From positions 14,336-78,335 of the forward strand of contig CAVPIW010000004.1 in NCBI GenBank assembly GCA_963705105.1: a DNA stretch of 64,000 nt, written 5' to 3'. The notes beneath the pieces were generated by a model. The model had not been told where the DNA came from. It was given only the letters and a program-made list of their open reading frames with translations, and made no database searches. Positions 49,968-60,813 of the stretch are shown one piece after another; positions within the stretch are counted from its first letter, which is position 1, and each line of letters begins with the position of its first letter. A program made the translations under genes and the position numbers. This stretch comes from an uncultured Nitrospiraceae bacterium. GTDB taxonomy: Bacteria; Nitrospirota; Thermodesulfovibrionia; Thermodesulfovibrionales; Dissulfurispiraceae.

Positions 49968-50356
49968 GAAGAACACCTCCGGATAAATTGCAGACTATTA
50001 TTAAATCATCGGGATTCAGGAAAAGTCAATAAAAACGGACAGTAGGCAGTAGACAAGAAAGTTGCGAGTTACGGGTTACGAGTTACGGGTTAAAAACTGT
50101 ACAAGGTGCACGGGAGAGTGAATTCAGAATCCAGAACCATAAGCCAAGGGTCGATGCCACAAAGTGATGAAAATGGTCTCATTGTAGGGGCCGTTCCCCG
50201 AACGGCCCGGCATGTGGTGAAACGGTCTGCTCGGGGAGCAGACCCTACATAATCAATGTCGCCTTCAGCAAGGCTTTGAGGCGCCTCGCCCCGCCTATCC
50301 ATGCAACGACAGGGTCAACGTACGCAACTCATTTACTCAATGACTCAATTACTTAT

Positions 50357-50815
50357 TTACTCAATGACTTTTTCCTCGGCGACTGCTTTTCCCCTCTGTT
50401 TCACGATCGCATGGAACACGACGACGTATCCGAAAAGGGCTGACAGGAGTCCGACGAGGGTCGTGCCGAAGACAAAGGGGACGAGGACCGCCTTCATCTC
50501 GTTCATGAGCATCGTGAAGGTCACGGCGTTCCAGTCCACGTCGGGAATCAGGTGATCGACGCCGAGGATCCTGGCGCCGACCCAGGTGGCAAAGGTGTAA
50601 ATAGGGATGATCGTCCAGGGGTTCGTCACGTAGACCCCCACGATGGTGACGAACTTGTTCAGCCTGAAGAGCCAGGCGAAGACGATGCCCAGGACCGTAT
50701 GGAGCCCCAGCAGGGGCGACATGCCGAGGAAAACCCCGATGGCGAAGGACAGGGCGATCTTCTTCGGCGAATCTTTGATCGCGATGACCTGCTGGAGTTT
50801 GTCACGGATGCCCAA
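50357..50815 (-). CDS. DUF2062-family membrane protein
   Basis: DSP.KIALSFAIGVF.G.SP.LGLHT...NPWTI.PIY. The TTG start overlaps the end of thiL. Confidence 0.85.
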   Translation of the reverse strand: MGIRDKLQQVIAIKDSPKKIALSFAIGVFLGMSPLLGLHTVLGIVFAWLFRLNKFVTIVGVYVTNPWTIIPIYTFATWVGARILGVDHLIPDVDWNAVTFTMLMNEMKAVLVPFVFGTTLVGLLSALFGYVVVFHAIVKQRGKAVAEEKVIE

Positions 50816-51881
50816 AATGCTCGTAGCCCTTCGGCGCAAGGGGAAACTCCCTCCCCTGCCCGTCTCTGAACGTCCTTGACTGTTCCGTGATTTCGCCGAT
50901 GCAGGTGATCCCCAATTCCTCTTCCGGCACAGCCACGCCCTTCGGCACCGTGAAGAGGAGTTCATAATCTTCCCCACCCGATGTGGCGAAGGCCATCCCG
51001 TCCATGCCCATGAGGCCCGCCGCGTCCTTCATTTCCCTCGACAGGGGGAGCGCGTCGAGATTGATCCCTGCACCGACGCCGCTCTCGTCACAGATCCTCG
51101 AAAGATCGACAAAGAGCCCGTCACTGACATCGATCATCGACGACGCATACGGGACAAGGGGTTTTACCTCTCTCGCCGTCGGCATGAGGTGCCTCATGAT
51201 GAGCCTTTCTGCAATCTCTCCCTCGATCACGATATCCGATGCCTCCATTATTATCTCGAGCGGACCCAAATGTCCCGCTCCGCTCTTTCCCGGAAGAGGA
51301 GTCCATTGCCTCACGGCCGATCTCGACGGTCCCGTGCAATGTTTCAGCATTTCGAGGCCGCAGGCGGCGTCGCCCAATGTGCCCGTGACATAGATGCGGT
51401 CGCCCGGCGACGCGCCGGACCTTGGCAGGACCTTCCCGGCCGTGCCTATGACCGTCGCAGACACGACGACATCATGGGCCGTCCCGGAGAGGTCTCCCCC
51501 GACAAGCGCCATGCCGTAATGATCGAGGGCCGCTGCAACACCGTCAAAGAATCCCCTGAAGAACAGCTCGTCGAGGTCTCCCCGCATCGAAAGGGACAGG
51601 ACGATGAAGCGGGGCCGGCCGCCCATGGCCATGATGTCACTCACGTTGACGGAGACGAGTTTGAACCCGAGATGAACAGGCGCCGTGTAGGCCAGGTCGA
51701 AATGGACCCCCTCGCTCATCATGTCCGTGGTGATCAGGACGGAATCGGCAGGGGGAGCAATGACAGCGGCGTCATCACCGATACCGGTGATGACGCCGCT
51801 CTCTTTGACCGGGAAGGAGGCCTTAAACCTTTCTCTTATTTCTTTGAGGAGATCCAGTTCTCCCCGATGGCGGAGCTGCAT
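50802..51881 (-). CDS. thiL: Thiamine-monophosphate kinase
   Basis: GIGDDAA, TTD...[40 protein letters not shown]. Confidence 0.95.
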   Translation of the reverse strand: MQLRHRGELDLLKEIRERFKASFPVKESGVITGIGDDAAVIAPPADSVLITTDMMSEGVHFDLAYTAPVHLGFKLVSVNVSDIMAMGGRPRFIVLSLSMRGDLDELFFRGFFDGVAAALDHYGMALVGGDLSGTAHDVVVSATVIGTAGKVLPRSGASPGDRIYVTGTLGDAACGLEMLKHCTGPSRSAVRQWTPLPGKSGAGHLGPLEIIMEASDIVIEGEIAERLIMRHLMPTAREVKPLVPYASSMIDVSDGLFVDLSRICDESGVGAGINLDALPLSREMKDAAGLMGMDGMAFATSGGEDYELLFTVPKGVAVPEEELGITCIGEITEQSRTFRDGQGREFPLAPKGYEHFGHP

Positions 51882-54327
51882 CCTTCTGACGGTTCCCTCC
51901 CCTGTCAGCCTTCACTGGTGAAGCCTTTTTCGCCGGCGCGGTACCTTTCCGGGAGTTCCCCGACTTCCGCGCGCTGTAGGCAATGGCGGTCTTCAGCACG
52001 TCGTCCATGGTCTCGGCGATGACGAAATTCATCCCCTCCTTGACGTACTTCGGGAGATCGTCGAGGTCCTTCCTGTTGCGGTTCGGGATGATGACGGTCT
52101 TGATGCCCATTCTCTTGGCGGCAAGGGTTTTTTCCTTCAGCCCCCCGATCGGGAGGACCCTTCCCCGGAGCGTCACCTCACCGGTCATCGCCACGTCTTT
52201 TCTTACCGGCTTCCCGGTGAGAGCCGAGGCGATGGCGCTCGCCATGGTGATGCCCGCCGACGGCCCGTCTTTCGGTATGGCCCCTGCAGGCACATGGATA
52301 TGGAGGTCCACCTTTGAGAAGGTGTCGTCGCTGATGCCGAGGTCCTTCGCCCGGGAACGGATATAGCTCAGTGCCGCGTGGGCCGACTCCTTCATGACGT
52401 CGCCGAGCTGGCCCGTAAGGGTGAGATGCCCCTTCCCTTTCATGATCGTCGCCTCGACATAGATGACGTCGCCTCCCGATTCGGTCCAGGCCAGTCCCGT
52501 CGCGACGCCCACTTCACTCTTTTTCATCTCCTCCTCGGGCAGGTATTTCGGCACGCCGAGGTATTTGGCCACCTGTTTGCCCGATATAAGGAACTTCTTG
52601 ACCTTCCCCTCGGCGACCTGCTTCGCCACCTTCCGGCACAGGTTCGCGATCTGCCGTTCCAGGTTTCTCACGCCGGCCTCACGGGTGTAGTGAGAGATGA
52701 TGTGGCGCACCGCCGCATCGTTCACCCGCATGATCTTCGTGCTGATGCCGTGCTCGTCAAGCTGCTTCGGGATGAGGTACTTTCTCGCGATCTGGAGCTT
52801 CTCCTCCTCGGTGTAGCCCGAGAGATAGAGGATCTCCATTCTGTCACGGAGCGGACCGGGAATGGTGTCGGCCATGTTCCCCGTCGTGATGAACATGACC
52901 TTCGAAAGGTCGAAGGGGACGGCAAGATAGTGGTCCATGAAGGTATTGTTCTGTTCCGGGTCGAGCACTTCGAGCAGGGCCGATGAGGGGTCACCCCGGA
53001 AGTCCATGCCGATCTTGTCGATCTCGTCGAGCATGAAGACGGGGTTGTTCGTGCCCCCCTGCTTGATGCCCTGGACAATCCGGCCCGGCAGTGCGCCGAC
53101 GTAGGTCCTCCGGTGTCCCCTGATCTCCGCCTCGTCGCGGACGCCGCCCAGGGACATGCGGACGAATTCCCTGCCGAGGCACCGGGCGATGGACCGGCCC
53201 AGCGATGTCTTGCCCACGCCGGGAGGCCCGATGAAGCAGATGATGGGTCCCTTCATCTTCTCCTTGAGCTTCCGCACGCTCAGGTACTCGAGTATCCTTT
53301 CCTTGACCTTCTCGAGGTCATAATGGTCCTCGTTCAGGATCTTCTCAGCCACCTTGATATCGAGCTGGTCCTTGGTGCTCTTCGACCAGGGGACCTCTGT
53401 GAGCCATTCGAGGTATGTCCTGATCGTGCCCGCCTCGGCGCTGTCGGGATGCATCTTCTCGAGGCGCTTGAGCTGCTTTTCCGCCTCCTTCATCACCTTC
53501 TCGGGCATCTGGGCGTCTTCTATCTTCTTTTTGAATTCCCTGATCTCTTCGGCGCGCTCGTCGATCTCTCCCAGCTCCCGCTGGATCGCCTTGAGCTGCT
53601 CTCTCAGGAAATATTCGCGCTGCGTCTTGTCGATCTCTCCCCTGGCCTCCGTCTGGATCTTCTGCTGGAGCGTGAGGAGCTGTATCTCCCTCGTCAGGAT
53701 CTCGCTCAGGCGCCGGAGCCGTTCGACGGGGTCCATCATCTCCAGGATCATCTGGGACTGGTCCGCCTTGAGCCCGAGGTTCGAGGCGATGAGGTCCGAA
53801 AGCCTGCCCGGGTCCTCGATGTTTTCCATCACCGCCATCACGTCGGGGAGGATGCTCTTGCCGAGAGAGACGGCCTTGTCGAGCTGCTCCTTCACGTTCC
53901 TGATGAGCGCCTCCGTCTCGAGGGTCATCTCGACGGCCTTGTCCTCGGTGATCCGCGAGATCTCGGCGATGAAGAAGGGGTCGCGCTGCACGAAGGTGTC
54001 CACCCGGGCCTTGGCGAGCCCCTGGACGAGGATCTTCACCCTGCCGTCGGGGAGCTTGAGCATCCTCATGATCATGCAGACCGTCCCCATCAGGTAGAGG
54101 TCTTCCGGGGCGGGCGCCTCGATGTTGAGGTCCCTCTGCGTGAGCAGCAGGACCATCCTGTTCGTGTTGAGCGCATGATCGATCGCCTTTATCGAAACGT
54201 CCCTGCCGACAAAGAGGGGAAGGATCATATAGGGAAAAACGACGATGTCCCTGACCGGCAGAACGGGCAGGATATTCGGGATCTCTATCTCCTTCTCTTC
54301 TTCATTCGTCTTCGTGGTCTCGGTCAT
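51823..54327 (-). CDS. lon: ATP-dependent protease La
   Basis: LON N-domain, [29 protein letters not shown]. Confidence 0.97.
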   Translation of the reverse strand: MTETTKTNEEEKEIEIPNILPVLPVRDIVVFPYMILPLFVGRDVSIKAIDHALNTNRMVLLLTQRDLNIEAPAPEDLYLMGTVCMIMRMLKLPDGRVKILVQGLAKARVDTFVQRDPFFIAEISRITEDKAVEMTLETEALIRNVKEQLDKAVSLGKSILPDVMAVMENIEDPGRLSDLIASNLGLKADQSQMILEMMDPVERLRRLSEILTREIQLLTLQQKIQTEARGEIDKTQREYFLREQLKAIQRELGEIDERAEEIREFKKKIEDAQMPEKVMKEAEKQLKRLEKMHPDSAEAGTIRTYLEWLTEVPWSKSTKDQLDIKVAEKILNEDHYDLEKVKERILEYLSVRKLKEKMKGPIICFIGPPGVGKTSLGRSIARCLGREFVRMSLGGVRDEAEIRGHRRTYVGALPGRIVQGIKQGGTNNPVFMLDEIDKIGMDFRGDPSSALLEVLDPEQNNTFMDHYLAVPFDLSKVMFITTGNMADTIPGPLRDRMEILYLSGYTEEEKLQIARKYLIPKQLDEHGISTKIMRVNDAAVRHIISHYTREAGVRNLERQIANLCRKVAKQVAEGKVKKFLISGKQVAKYLGVPKYLPEEEMKKSEVGVATGLAWTESGGDVIYVEATIMKGKGHLTLTGQLGDVMKESAHAALSYIRSRAKDLGISDDTFSKVDLHIHVPAGAIPKDGPSAGITMASAIASALTGKPVRKDVAMTGEVTLRGRVLPIGGLKEKTLAAKRMGIKTVIIPNRNRKDLDDLPKYVKEGMNFVIAETMDDVLKTAIAYSARKSGNSRKGTAPAKKASPVKADRGGNRQKDAAPPSGRTGSPQRNKRKV

Positions 54328-54415
54328 TCCATTCCTCCAAGTGTATAACGGCCCGTCCTTGAGCAGGCCGTCTATCTGCCCCCCTCACCCTGCGAACAGG
54401 CGGGTTACGATACCC

Positions 54416-54790
54416 CTATCCCCCCTCGATGGGGATCCTGATCATCCTGTCCTTCAACTTCGGGAACCTGATCGTGACGACTCCCTGATCATAGGTCGCC
54501 TGGCCCGCAGCGGCATCGACGAGAATGGGAAATCTCACGACACGCCTGAAATGCCGGCGGCTCCTTTCCATGCAGAGGTATCTCGCACTGCACGCCGTCG
54601 TCTCATCGTCGCCCCTGTAGCCCTCGATAATGAGCAGATCCCCCAAGACATGAATGGTCACGTCGGCGGGATCGATGCCCGGCAGGTCTATTTCGTAGAC
54701 GAGACAGCCCCTTGTTTCGTAGACGTCCATGAGCGGCACGGAGCACGTCTCGATGTCATAGCAGAACCGGTTGCTGAGCAGGCGCATCAT
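54416..54790 (-). CDS. Hsp20/alpha-crystallin small heat-shock protein
   Basis: P.MDVYET....EIDLPG....L.IEG.R...Y..MER....F.R...A.Y..GV..I..PK. Confidence 0.85.
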   Translation of the reverse strand: MMRLLSNRFCYDIETCSVPLMDVYETRGCLVYEIDLPGIDPADVTIHVLGDLLIIEGYRGDDETTACSARYLCMERSRRHFRRVVRFPILVDAAAGQATYDQGVVTIRFPKLKDRMIRIPIEGG

Positions 54791-55665
54791 GAAAACGATT
54801 TCACCTTGTCGATGATGAACTGTTTGAAGGGACCGGCCAGTTCACTGTTTTTCAGGGCCAGGTCGACCGTCGCCTTGAGATAGCCCAGCTTGTCTCCGGC
54901 GTCGTACCGTCCGCCCTTCGCCAGGAAACCGTACATCGGCGCTTTCTTGACGAGCTTGTTCAGGGCGTCGGTGAGCTGGATCTCGCCGCCCGCCCCGGGT
55001 TTCTGCCTGTCCAGGATATCGAAGATCTCCGGCGTCAGGATATACCTGCCGAGAATGGCAAGCCTCGACGGGGCCTCTTCAGGCTTCGGTTTTTCCACGA
55101 GATTGCGGATCCTGTAATCCTCTCCTTCCGGCACAGCGTCGACGATGCCGTACCGTTGGACCTCCGACTGCGGGACCTCCTCGAGGGCGATGACGGGGGC
55201 CTTCACGCGCTCATAGACGTCGATCATTCCTTTCAGGAGAGGATAGTCCGGGTCGATCACGTCGTCGCTGAGGATCACGACAAAGGGCTCATCGCAGACA
55301 AAGGGCCGGGCGCAGAGGATCGCGTGGCCGAGCCCGAGGGCGGCCTTCTGGCGTATATACGCGAAGTTGACCCTTGAGAGCTTGTTGATCTCCTCGAGGA
55401 GCCTCTTCTTGCCTGCCGTCCTGAGCTTTTCCTCCAGCTCGTATGCCGAATCGAAATGGTCCTCGATGGCCCTCTTGTTCTTTCCCGTGATGATGATGAA
55501 CTCCTCGATGCCGCAGGACAACGCCTCCTCGACGGCGTACTGGATGAGGGGCTTGTCGACGATGGGAAGCATCTCCTTCGGAGAGGCCTTTGTGGCCGGC
55601 AGAAAGCGGGTCCCGAGACCTGCCGCCGGCAGAACAGCCTTTCTGATACTCTTCCTGTCGGTCAT
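54787..55665 (-). CDS. galU: UTP--glucose-1-phosphate uridylyltransferase
   Basis: KAVLPAAGLGTRFLPATKA.PKEMLPIVDKP, LVEKP, GGEIQLTDA. Confidence 0.96.
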   Translation of the reverse strand: MTDRKSIRKAVLPAAGLGTRFLPATKASPKEMLPIVDKPLIQYAVEEALSCGIEEFIIITGKNKRAIEDHFDSAYELEEKLRTAGKKRLLEEINKLSRVNFAYIRQKAALGLGHAILCARPFVCDEPFVVILSDDVIDPDYPLLKGMIDVYERVKAPVIALEEVPQSEVQRYGIVDAVPEGEDYRIRNLVEKPKPEEAPSRLAILGRYILTPEIFDILDRQKPGAGGEIQLTDALNKLVKKAPMYGFLAKGGRYDAGDKLGYLKATVDLALKNSELAGPFKQFIIDKVKSFS

Positions 55666-55989
55666 AGGTGTCGTCTTCCTTTTCCTGAAAAGACTACTGC
55701 CGCTCAGCGGCGCGATGGTCCTGTCATCGGCGGCAGTTTATCAACTGCCTATTGTACGTTCCGACATGTGAAAAATCAAGACGGGTTGCCGCGTTTCGGG
55801 TTGCGGGATACGACAGTCGCGAGGACTCAGGACTGAGGACTGAGTTGCGGGAATGCAGAATACAGAATTATAGAATACAGTAGACAGGAGGAGACTATCG
55901 CCAGTCAACCAACCAGACTTACTCAACTCAGTCAACCAATCTCTAATCACTCTGTGACCTCTGTGATCTTTGTGGCAAAATCTCCGTCT

Positions 55990-56277
55990 TTAGTTTTCCG
56001 ACGGGCCTTGCGTGTAAAGCCGCGACACGATCCGGGAGGTCTCCTTGAGCTCCGTCAGCTTCTCGCTGAGATGCAGGAGGCTCTCCTGGAGGAGGAGCAT
56101 CTGGTTCCTGAGCTGCCTGACCGTCTCGGCATACTCCTGAACGCTCTTCTGGGCCACCGCATTGCCCTCTTCGATCATCCGGTCCCTCCGCATCGCCTCG
56201 TCTATCATATCCCCGTAGCGCAGCCGTTCCTCCTCCGTCAAAGTGTCGATGAACTGCCGCAGTTTTTCGTTTCCCAT
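55990..56277 (-). CDS. Small coiled-coil hypothetical protein
   Basis: ATG at 56277 after GGAGAAGG. Heptad-like Leu/Glu pattern. Lies downstream of a sigma54 promoter motif. Confidence 0.7.
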   Translation of the reverse strand: MGNEKLRQFIDTLTEEERLRYGDMIDEAMRRDRMIEEGNAVAQKSVQEYAETVRQLRNQMLLLQESLLHLSEKLTELKETSRIVSRLYTQGPSEN

Positions 56278-56337
56278 ACCTTCTCCGACATGATTTAGAA
56301 ATGGCACAATATTCAAGCAAGACCGAAAAATAAACCT

Positions 56338-56354
56338 AGCAAATTCAGTTCCAG
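56338..56354 (-). promoter_or_regulatory. Sigma54 -24/-12 promoter
   Basis: CTGGAACTGAATTTGCT fits GG-N10-GC. The site TGTAAAAAATTCCGACA (TGT-N11-ACA) lies upstream at 56460-56476. Confidence 0.65.
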
Positions 56355-56982
56355 TATTGCCAACATCGCTCGCACTCTCTTTACTTTATTTTCATATCAG
56401 ACATTTGGCACTTTACCCGGCAGGTCCCGAAGAACGCACAATCTCTTTGACTGTCCAGGTGTAAAAAATTCCGACACCACCCCTCCAGAGCACAGACATA
56501 ACCCGTTTTCCGGGCAAAATGACGCAAAAGAAGATAAAAACGGCCATTCAGCCACAGAGGTCACAGAGAGCACAGAGAACGACAAAATATTTTGTCAAAA
56601 CAAATGAAAAAAAGAAAGACGAAATAAGTACTGAATCATGTCACCTTATCAGTGAACTCCGTAGTAATTCGACTTTTGTCTCCCCTCTCTCATCTCTCTG
56701 TGACCTCTGTGGCCTTGTACCGCTCTTAACAGACCGCATGCCGTGCACCTTGTCCCGTTCTGAACAACCCGTAACCCGTAACTCGGAACCCGAACAAGGT
56801 GCACGGTATACGGCCAAGGTACGAGACCCGAATCCCCGGACTCCGTCCTTGGACCTTGAACCTTGAACCTTGGACCTTGAACCGTCTTTTTTAATCTCCA
56901 ATCTCCCCTGATCACTTGAGTTTTTAACGCCATATATATAAAATTAGACCTTTACATTGTATATAGTTTATATTGTACCGTA

Positions 56983-57987
56983 ATGGCGTCTTCATACACA
57001 TTCACGACTGACCGCGAATTGCGCATCGACACCTGGGGCGACAGGATTGCCGGTCTCACGGGCAAACCTGCTTCCGAAGTCATCGGGAAAAAATATCATG
57101 ATATTTTGCCTCATATCTGTCAGGACAACGCCGACGCCCTCCAGGTGGCGCTGAACACGGGAGACCGCCTCTCCCTGAAGAATTATCCCATCAAATGCCT
57201 GCACGGCGGGGTGAAATCGAATGTCCTCATCAGCCCTTTCATGGACAAACACGGCAAACTGCGCGGCATTCGCGTCAGGATAACCCTTTTCGAATCCTGC
57301 CCGGCCATCGAAAAGCTCAGGACATCACAGCCTCTTATCGATATCGGGAAAATGGCCTCGACCCTCGCCCACGGCGTCAGAAGCCCACTCAATGCGATTA
57401 AAGGAGCCGTCGTCTACCTCCGTGAAAAGTATGCCGACGAAAAGACCCTCATCGAATTCACAAAGATAATGGAAGAGGAGATCGTAAAGCTCAACGGCTT
57501 CATCTCGAACTTCCTCAGCACCTCCGTGTCGAATGCGGGACTGGCGACGACGAACGTCAATTATATCGTCAAGAAAATCGAGGGGTTCATCACGCTCCAG
57601 GCGAAGTCAAAAAAAATAAGCGTGGCCCTCGACCTGGCCAACGTCCCCCTCGTCCTCGTGGATCCTTTTCAGATAGAACACGCCATACTCAACGTCGTCA
57701 ACAACGCCATCGAGGCGATGCCCTCAGGAGGCACCCTGACGATGAGGACCCTCAGGGAAGGCCCGGCGGACCAGGAAACGGTCGTCACGGAAGTCTGCGA
57801 CACCGGGAGAGGCTTTGCGCGGAAGAAGCTCGACAGCATCGTCAACGCCCGAGGGGGTAGGGGCTTCGGACTCTTCATCACCCGCGAGATCCTCCAGAAC
57901 TACGACGGCGCACTGGAAATCAGGAGCGGAAAAGGAGCGGGCACCGTCGTCCGTCTCGTCCTGCCTGCACGGAGTTCGCAGGAATGA
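56983..57987 (+). CDS. Soluble PAS-domain histidine kinase
   Basis: IGKMASTLAHGVRSPL H-box, NAIEAM, DTGRG, GRGFGL. Confidence 0.9.
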   Translation: MASSYTFTTDRELRIDTWGDRIAGLTGKPASEVIGKKYHDILPHICQDNADALQVALNTGDRLSLKNYPIKCLHGGVKSNVLISPFMDKHGKLRGIRVRITLFESCPAIEKLRTSQPLIDIGKMASTLAHGVRSPLNAIKGAVVYLREKYADEKTLIEFTKIMEEEIVKLNGFISNFLSTSVSNAGLATTNVNYIVKKIEGFITLQAKSKKISVALDLANVPLVLVDPFQIEHAILNVVNNAIEAMPSGGTLTMRTLREGPADQETVVTEVCDTGRGFARKKLDSIVNARGGRGFGLFITREILQNYDGALEIRSGKGAGTVVRLVLPARSSQE

Positions 57988-59339
57988 AGAACAAGCCCGC
58001 CCTCGGCAGCGTGCTTATCGTCGACGATGAGCCGAACGCGCTGAAAGTGCTCGCCGCCATTCTCCATGAAGAGGGCTACCGTGTCCTGTCCGCAAAGGAC
58101 GTCGATGCCGCCATCCGGATCATCGGCAAAGAGGACGTCGATGCGGTGATAACGGACCTCAAGATGCCGAATAAAGACGGTATATTTCTCTTCCGGCACG
58201 TGTCCGAACATCACCCGACCATACCCGTTATTTTCCTGACCGCATACGGGACCGTCGACTCGGCGGTCCACGCAATGACGCAGGGCGCTTTCTATTATTT
58301 CATCAAACCTCCCGATTACGTCAGGCTGAAGAGCATCCTTTCCAAAGCGGTGGAGCAGCGGAGGCTCAAGACCGAGGTCGCCCTCCTCAGAAATAAGCTC
58401 TCCGAGGACGTCGCCAACCGGATCATCGGGAATTCCCCGCCCATGGTCAGGATCATCGAGACCATTGAGGCCATACGGGACACCGAGAGCAGCGTCCTCA
58501 TAAGCGGTGAGACGGGGACGGGGAAGGAAGTGCTCGCCAGGGCGCTCCATTACACAGGCAAGCGGAAAGACAGGCCCTTCATCGCCGTCAACTGCGCCGC
58601 CATGCCCGGCGACCTCATCGAATCGGAGCTTTTCGGCTACGAAAAGGGGGCCTTCACGGGCGCCGCTTCACGGAGGATCGGGCGCTTTGAAGAGGCATCG
58701 GAAGGGACCATTTTTCTTGATGAAATAGGGGAGCTCGGCCTGGGCCTCCAGGCGAAGCTCCTCAGGGCGCTGCAGGAAAAGGAGATCGAAAGGCTCGGCA
58801 GCAACAGGAAGATCAAGGTCAATTTCAGGCTCATCTCGTCGACGAACCGCGACCTCCGCGCAGAGGTGAAGTCCGGGCGGTTCCGCGAAGACCTCTTTTA
58901 CAGGATCAACGTCGTCGAGATGACGATGCCGCCTCTGAGGGAGAGATCTGAAGACATCCCTCTCCTCGTCTCGGAATTCGTCCGGGAGATCTGCGCGAGG
59001 GAGAACAAGCGGCTCACCGTATCAGGCGAGGTCATGCGGATGTTTCAGTCTCACAACTGGCCGGGCAATGTCCGGGAACTCAGGAATGTCATCGAGCGGG
59101 CCGTCATCCTTGCCAGGGGGGACCAAATCACACCCCGGGAATTGTCGAACGATTTTAATGAACCGGTAAGGACCGAGCCCCGTCCTCCTGAGTCTACGGG
59201 AACGCTCAGGGACCTGGAGCTCCAGACGGTGCAGAAAATTCTGGACGAATGCGGCGGCAACAAATCAAAGGCCGCCGCCCTTCTCGGGATCTCCCGGAAA
59301 GCGCTCTACAAGCGCATCAGGGAGATGAGTAGACAGTAG
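57984..59339 (+). CDS. Sigma54-dependent response regulator (NtrC family)
   Basis: REC domain, GETGTGKE, ESELFG.EKGAFTGA, FLDEIGE, WPGNVREL and a Fis-type HTH. Confidence 0.95.
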   Translation: MKNKPALGSVLIVDDEPNALKVLAAILHEEGYRVLSAKDVDAAIRIIGKEDVDAVITDLKMPNKDGIFLFRHVSEHHPTIPVIFLTAYGTVDSAVHAMTQGAFYYFIKPPDYVRLKSILSKAVEQRRLKTEVALLRNKLSEDVANRIIGNSPPMVRIIETIEAIRDTESSVLISGETGTGKEVLARALHYTGKRKDRPFIAVNCAAMPGDLIESELFGYEKGAFTGAASRRIGRFEEASEGTIFLDEIGELGLGLQAKLLRALQEKEIERLGSNRKIKVNFRLISSTNRDLRAEVKSGRFREDLFYRINVVEMTMPPLRERSEDIPLLVSEFVREICARENKRLTVSGEVMRMFQSHNWPGNVRELRNVIERAVILARGDQITPRELSNDFNEPVRTEPRPPESTGTLRDLELQTVQKILDECGGNKSKAAALLGISRKALYKRIREMSRQ

Positions 59340-59340
59340 A

Positions 59341-59760
59341 GTTGCGGGTTCCGGGTTACGAGTTGCGGGTGACGAGTCTAAGTAATTGAGTTGAATAAGT
59401 TAATTGAGTTAATTAAGTAATTATATGACAGCCTCGTAAAAAGTCCTGCAAAGGGCTTATCCGTCATTCCCGTGTAGACGGGAATCCAGTCCTTTCAGGT
59501 AGCTATTTGTACTCTGGATACCCGCCTTCGCGGGTATGACGACTTTTTACGAGATCGTCAATTATGGCAATCAACCGGTCAACTTATTCAACTTATTCAA
59601 CCAGTCAACTTATTCAACTTATTCAACCTAATCAACTCGGGGCCAATCTCTAATCTCCAGTCTCTCTCTTTAATTTCTCTGTGACCTCTGTGCTCTCTGT
59701 GGCAAATTTCGTGTTCCGACGCTCGTAACTCGCAACATGCAACGCGCAACTCGTAACTCG
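59341..59760. repeat. Nested inverted-repeat cassette
   Basis: Layers G (59341-59376), H (59378-59420), I (59426-59445), A (59463-59541), I' (59541-59560), H' (59571-59636), B' (59676-59705), G' (59723-59760). Confidence 0.75.
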
Positions 59761-59766
59761 TCATAC

Positions 59767-59814
59767 TGTTTCCATTGGATACACTTTGCCCGGACATTGT
59801 ACCCGGACGATACA
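59767..59814. promoter_or_regulatory. Paired TGT-N11-ACA enhancer-like sites
   Basis: TGTTTCCATTGGATACA (59767-59783) and TGTACCCGGACGATACA (59798-59814), 31 bp apart. Confidence 0.6.
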
Positions 59815-60009
59815 GTGAGCGGCAAGGGTAATCCGGTGATGTCCGTCCCATCAGCGTATGGCCATCCACTATGCTCCCGTGCATACACTGGAAATACCGC
59901 CGACGGTCCCTTTTAGTTTCAGATAGATAGACGCCCCTATTTCCTGATGCACGTTCCGGGGAACACCATCCTTTCCCCTTTTCACTTCGCCGATTACAGG
60001 GTCAGGTTC

Positions 60010-60026
60010 CTGGTACCGATGTTGCA
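60010..60026 (+). promoter_or_regulatory. Sigma54 -24/-12 promoter
   Basis: CTGGTACCGATGTTGCA fits GG-N10-GC. Confidence 0.65.
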
Positions 60027-60038
60027 TCTAACAAATTC

Positions 60039-60551
60039 ATGCCGGATTCCGATAACAATAATTGGTATGCCCTTTCGGTGAAATCGAGGCACGAATTCGT
60101 TACGGACGGTGAACTGAAGAAGAAGGGGATCGAGTCGTACCTGCCCTTCGTCCGTAAGACGCGGCAATGGTCGGACCGGAAGAAGATCATCGATTTCCCC
60201 CTCTTCCCGGGGTACCTCTTCACCCATCTCGTGCCGTCGGCGGAGAACTTTCTCTCCGTCCTCAAAACGAGGGGCGTCGTGAGGTTCCTGTCCCTCGAGC
60301 AGGGACAGCCGGCGAGTGTGCCCGCCGAGGAGATCGATTCGCTGAGGATCCTCCTCGACAGCGGAAAACCCGTCGACATTTACCCCCATCTCAAGGAAGG
60401 GATGAGGGTCAGGATCAAGAGGGGCACCCTCAAGGGGGCCGATGGAATCCTGCAGAAAAAGGAAGACCAGTTCATCTTCCTTGTGAACATCGTGCTTCTG
60501 GGCAAAAGCGTCGGCGTCAAAGTTTACGCCGACGACATAACGCAGGCCTAA
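60039..60551 (+). CDS. NusG-paralogue antiterminator (UpxY/LoaP/RfaH-like)
   Basis: WYAL.VKSRHE..V...L...GIE.YLP......WSDRKK.I..PLFPGYLF and a KOW motif G.RVRI..G.L.G. Confidence 0.9.
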   Translation: MPDSDNNNWYALSVKSRHEFVTDGELKKKGIESYLPFVRKTRQWSDRKKIIDFPLFPGYLFTHLVPSAENFLSVLKTRGVVRFLSLEQGQPASVPAEEIDSLRILLDSGKPVDIYPHLKEGMRVRIKRGTLKGADGILQKKEDQFIFLVNIVLLGKSVGVKVYADDITQA

Positions 60552-60813
60552 CCGCCTGTCTCAAAAGCCTTTCCTTTCGCCTTCTTGGTCACGACCTGTG
60601 ACTGAGGAGGCGGAGCAGTGAGAAAAAGGGAGTGTATCCAAAGGAAACACTCAGCCTCAAAAAATACGAATTTTGCCACAGAGCACACAGAGAGCACAGA
60701 GATTAGAGACTCATACCGTGAACCGTTTGCCGCGTACCTTGTACCGTTCTTAACAATACGTAACCCAAACTCTTTGCCTTTGCCGGCCTTTCTCCTGTTC
60801 ACTGTCTACTATA

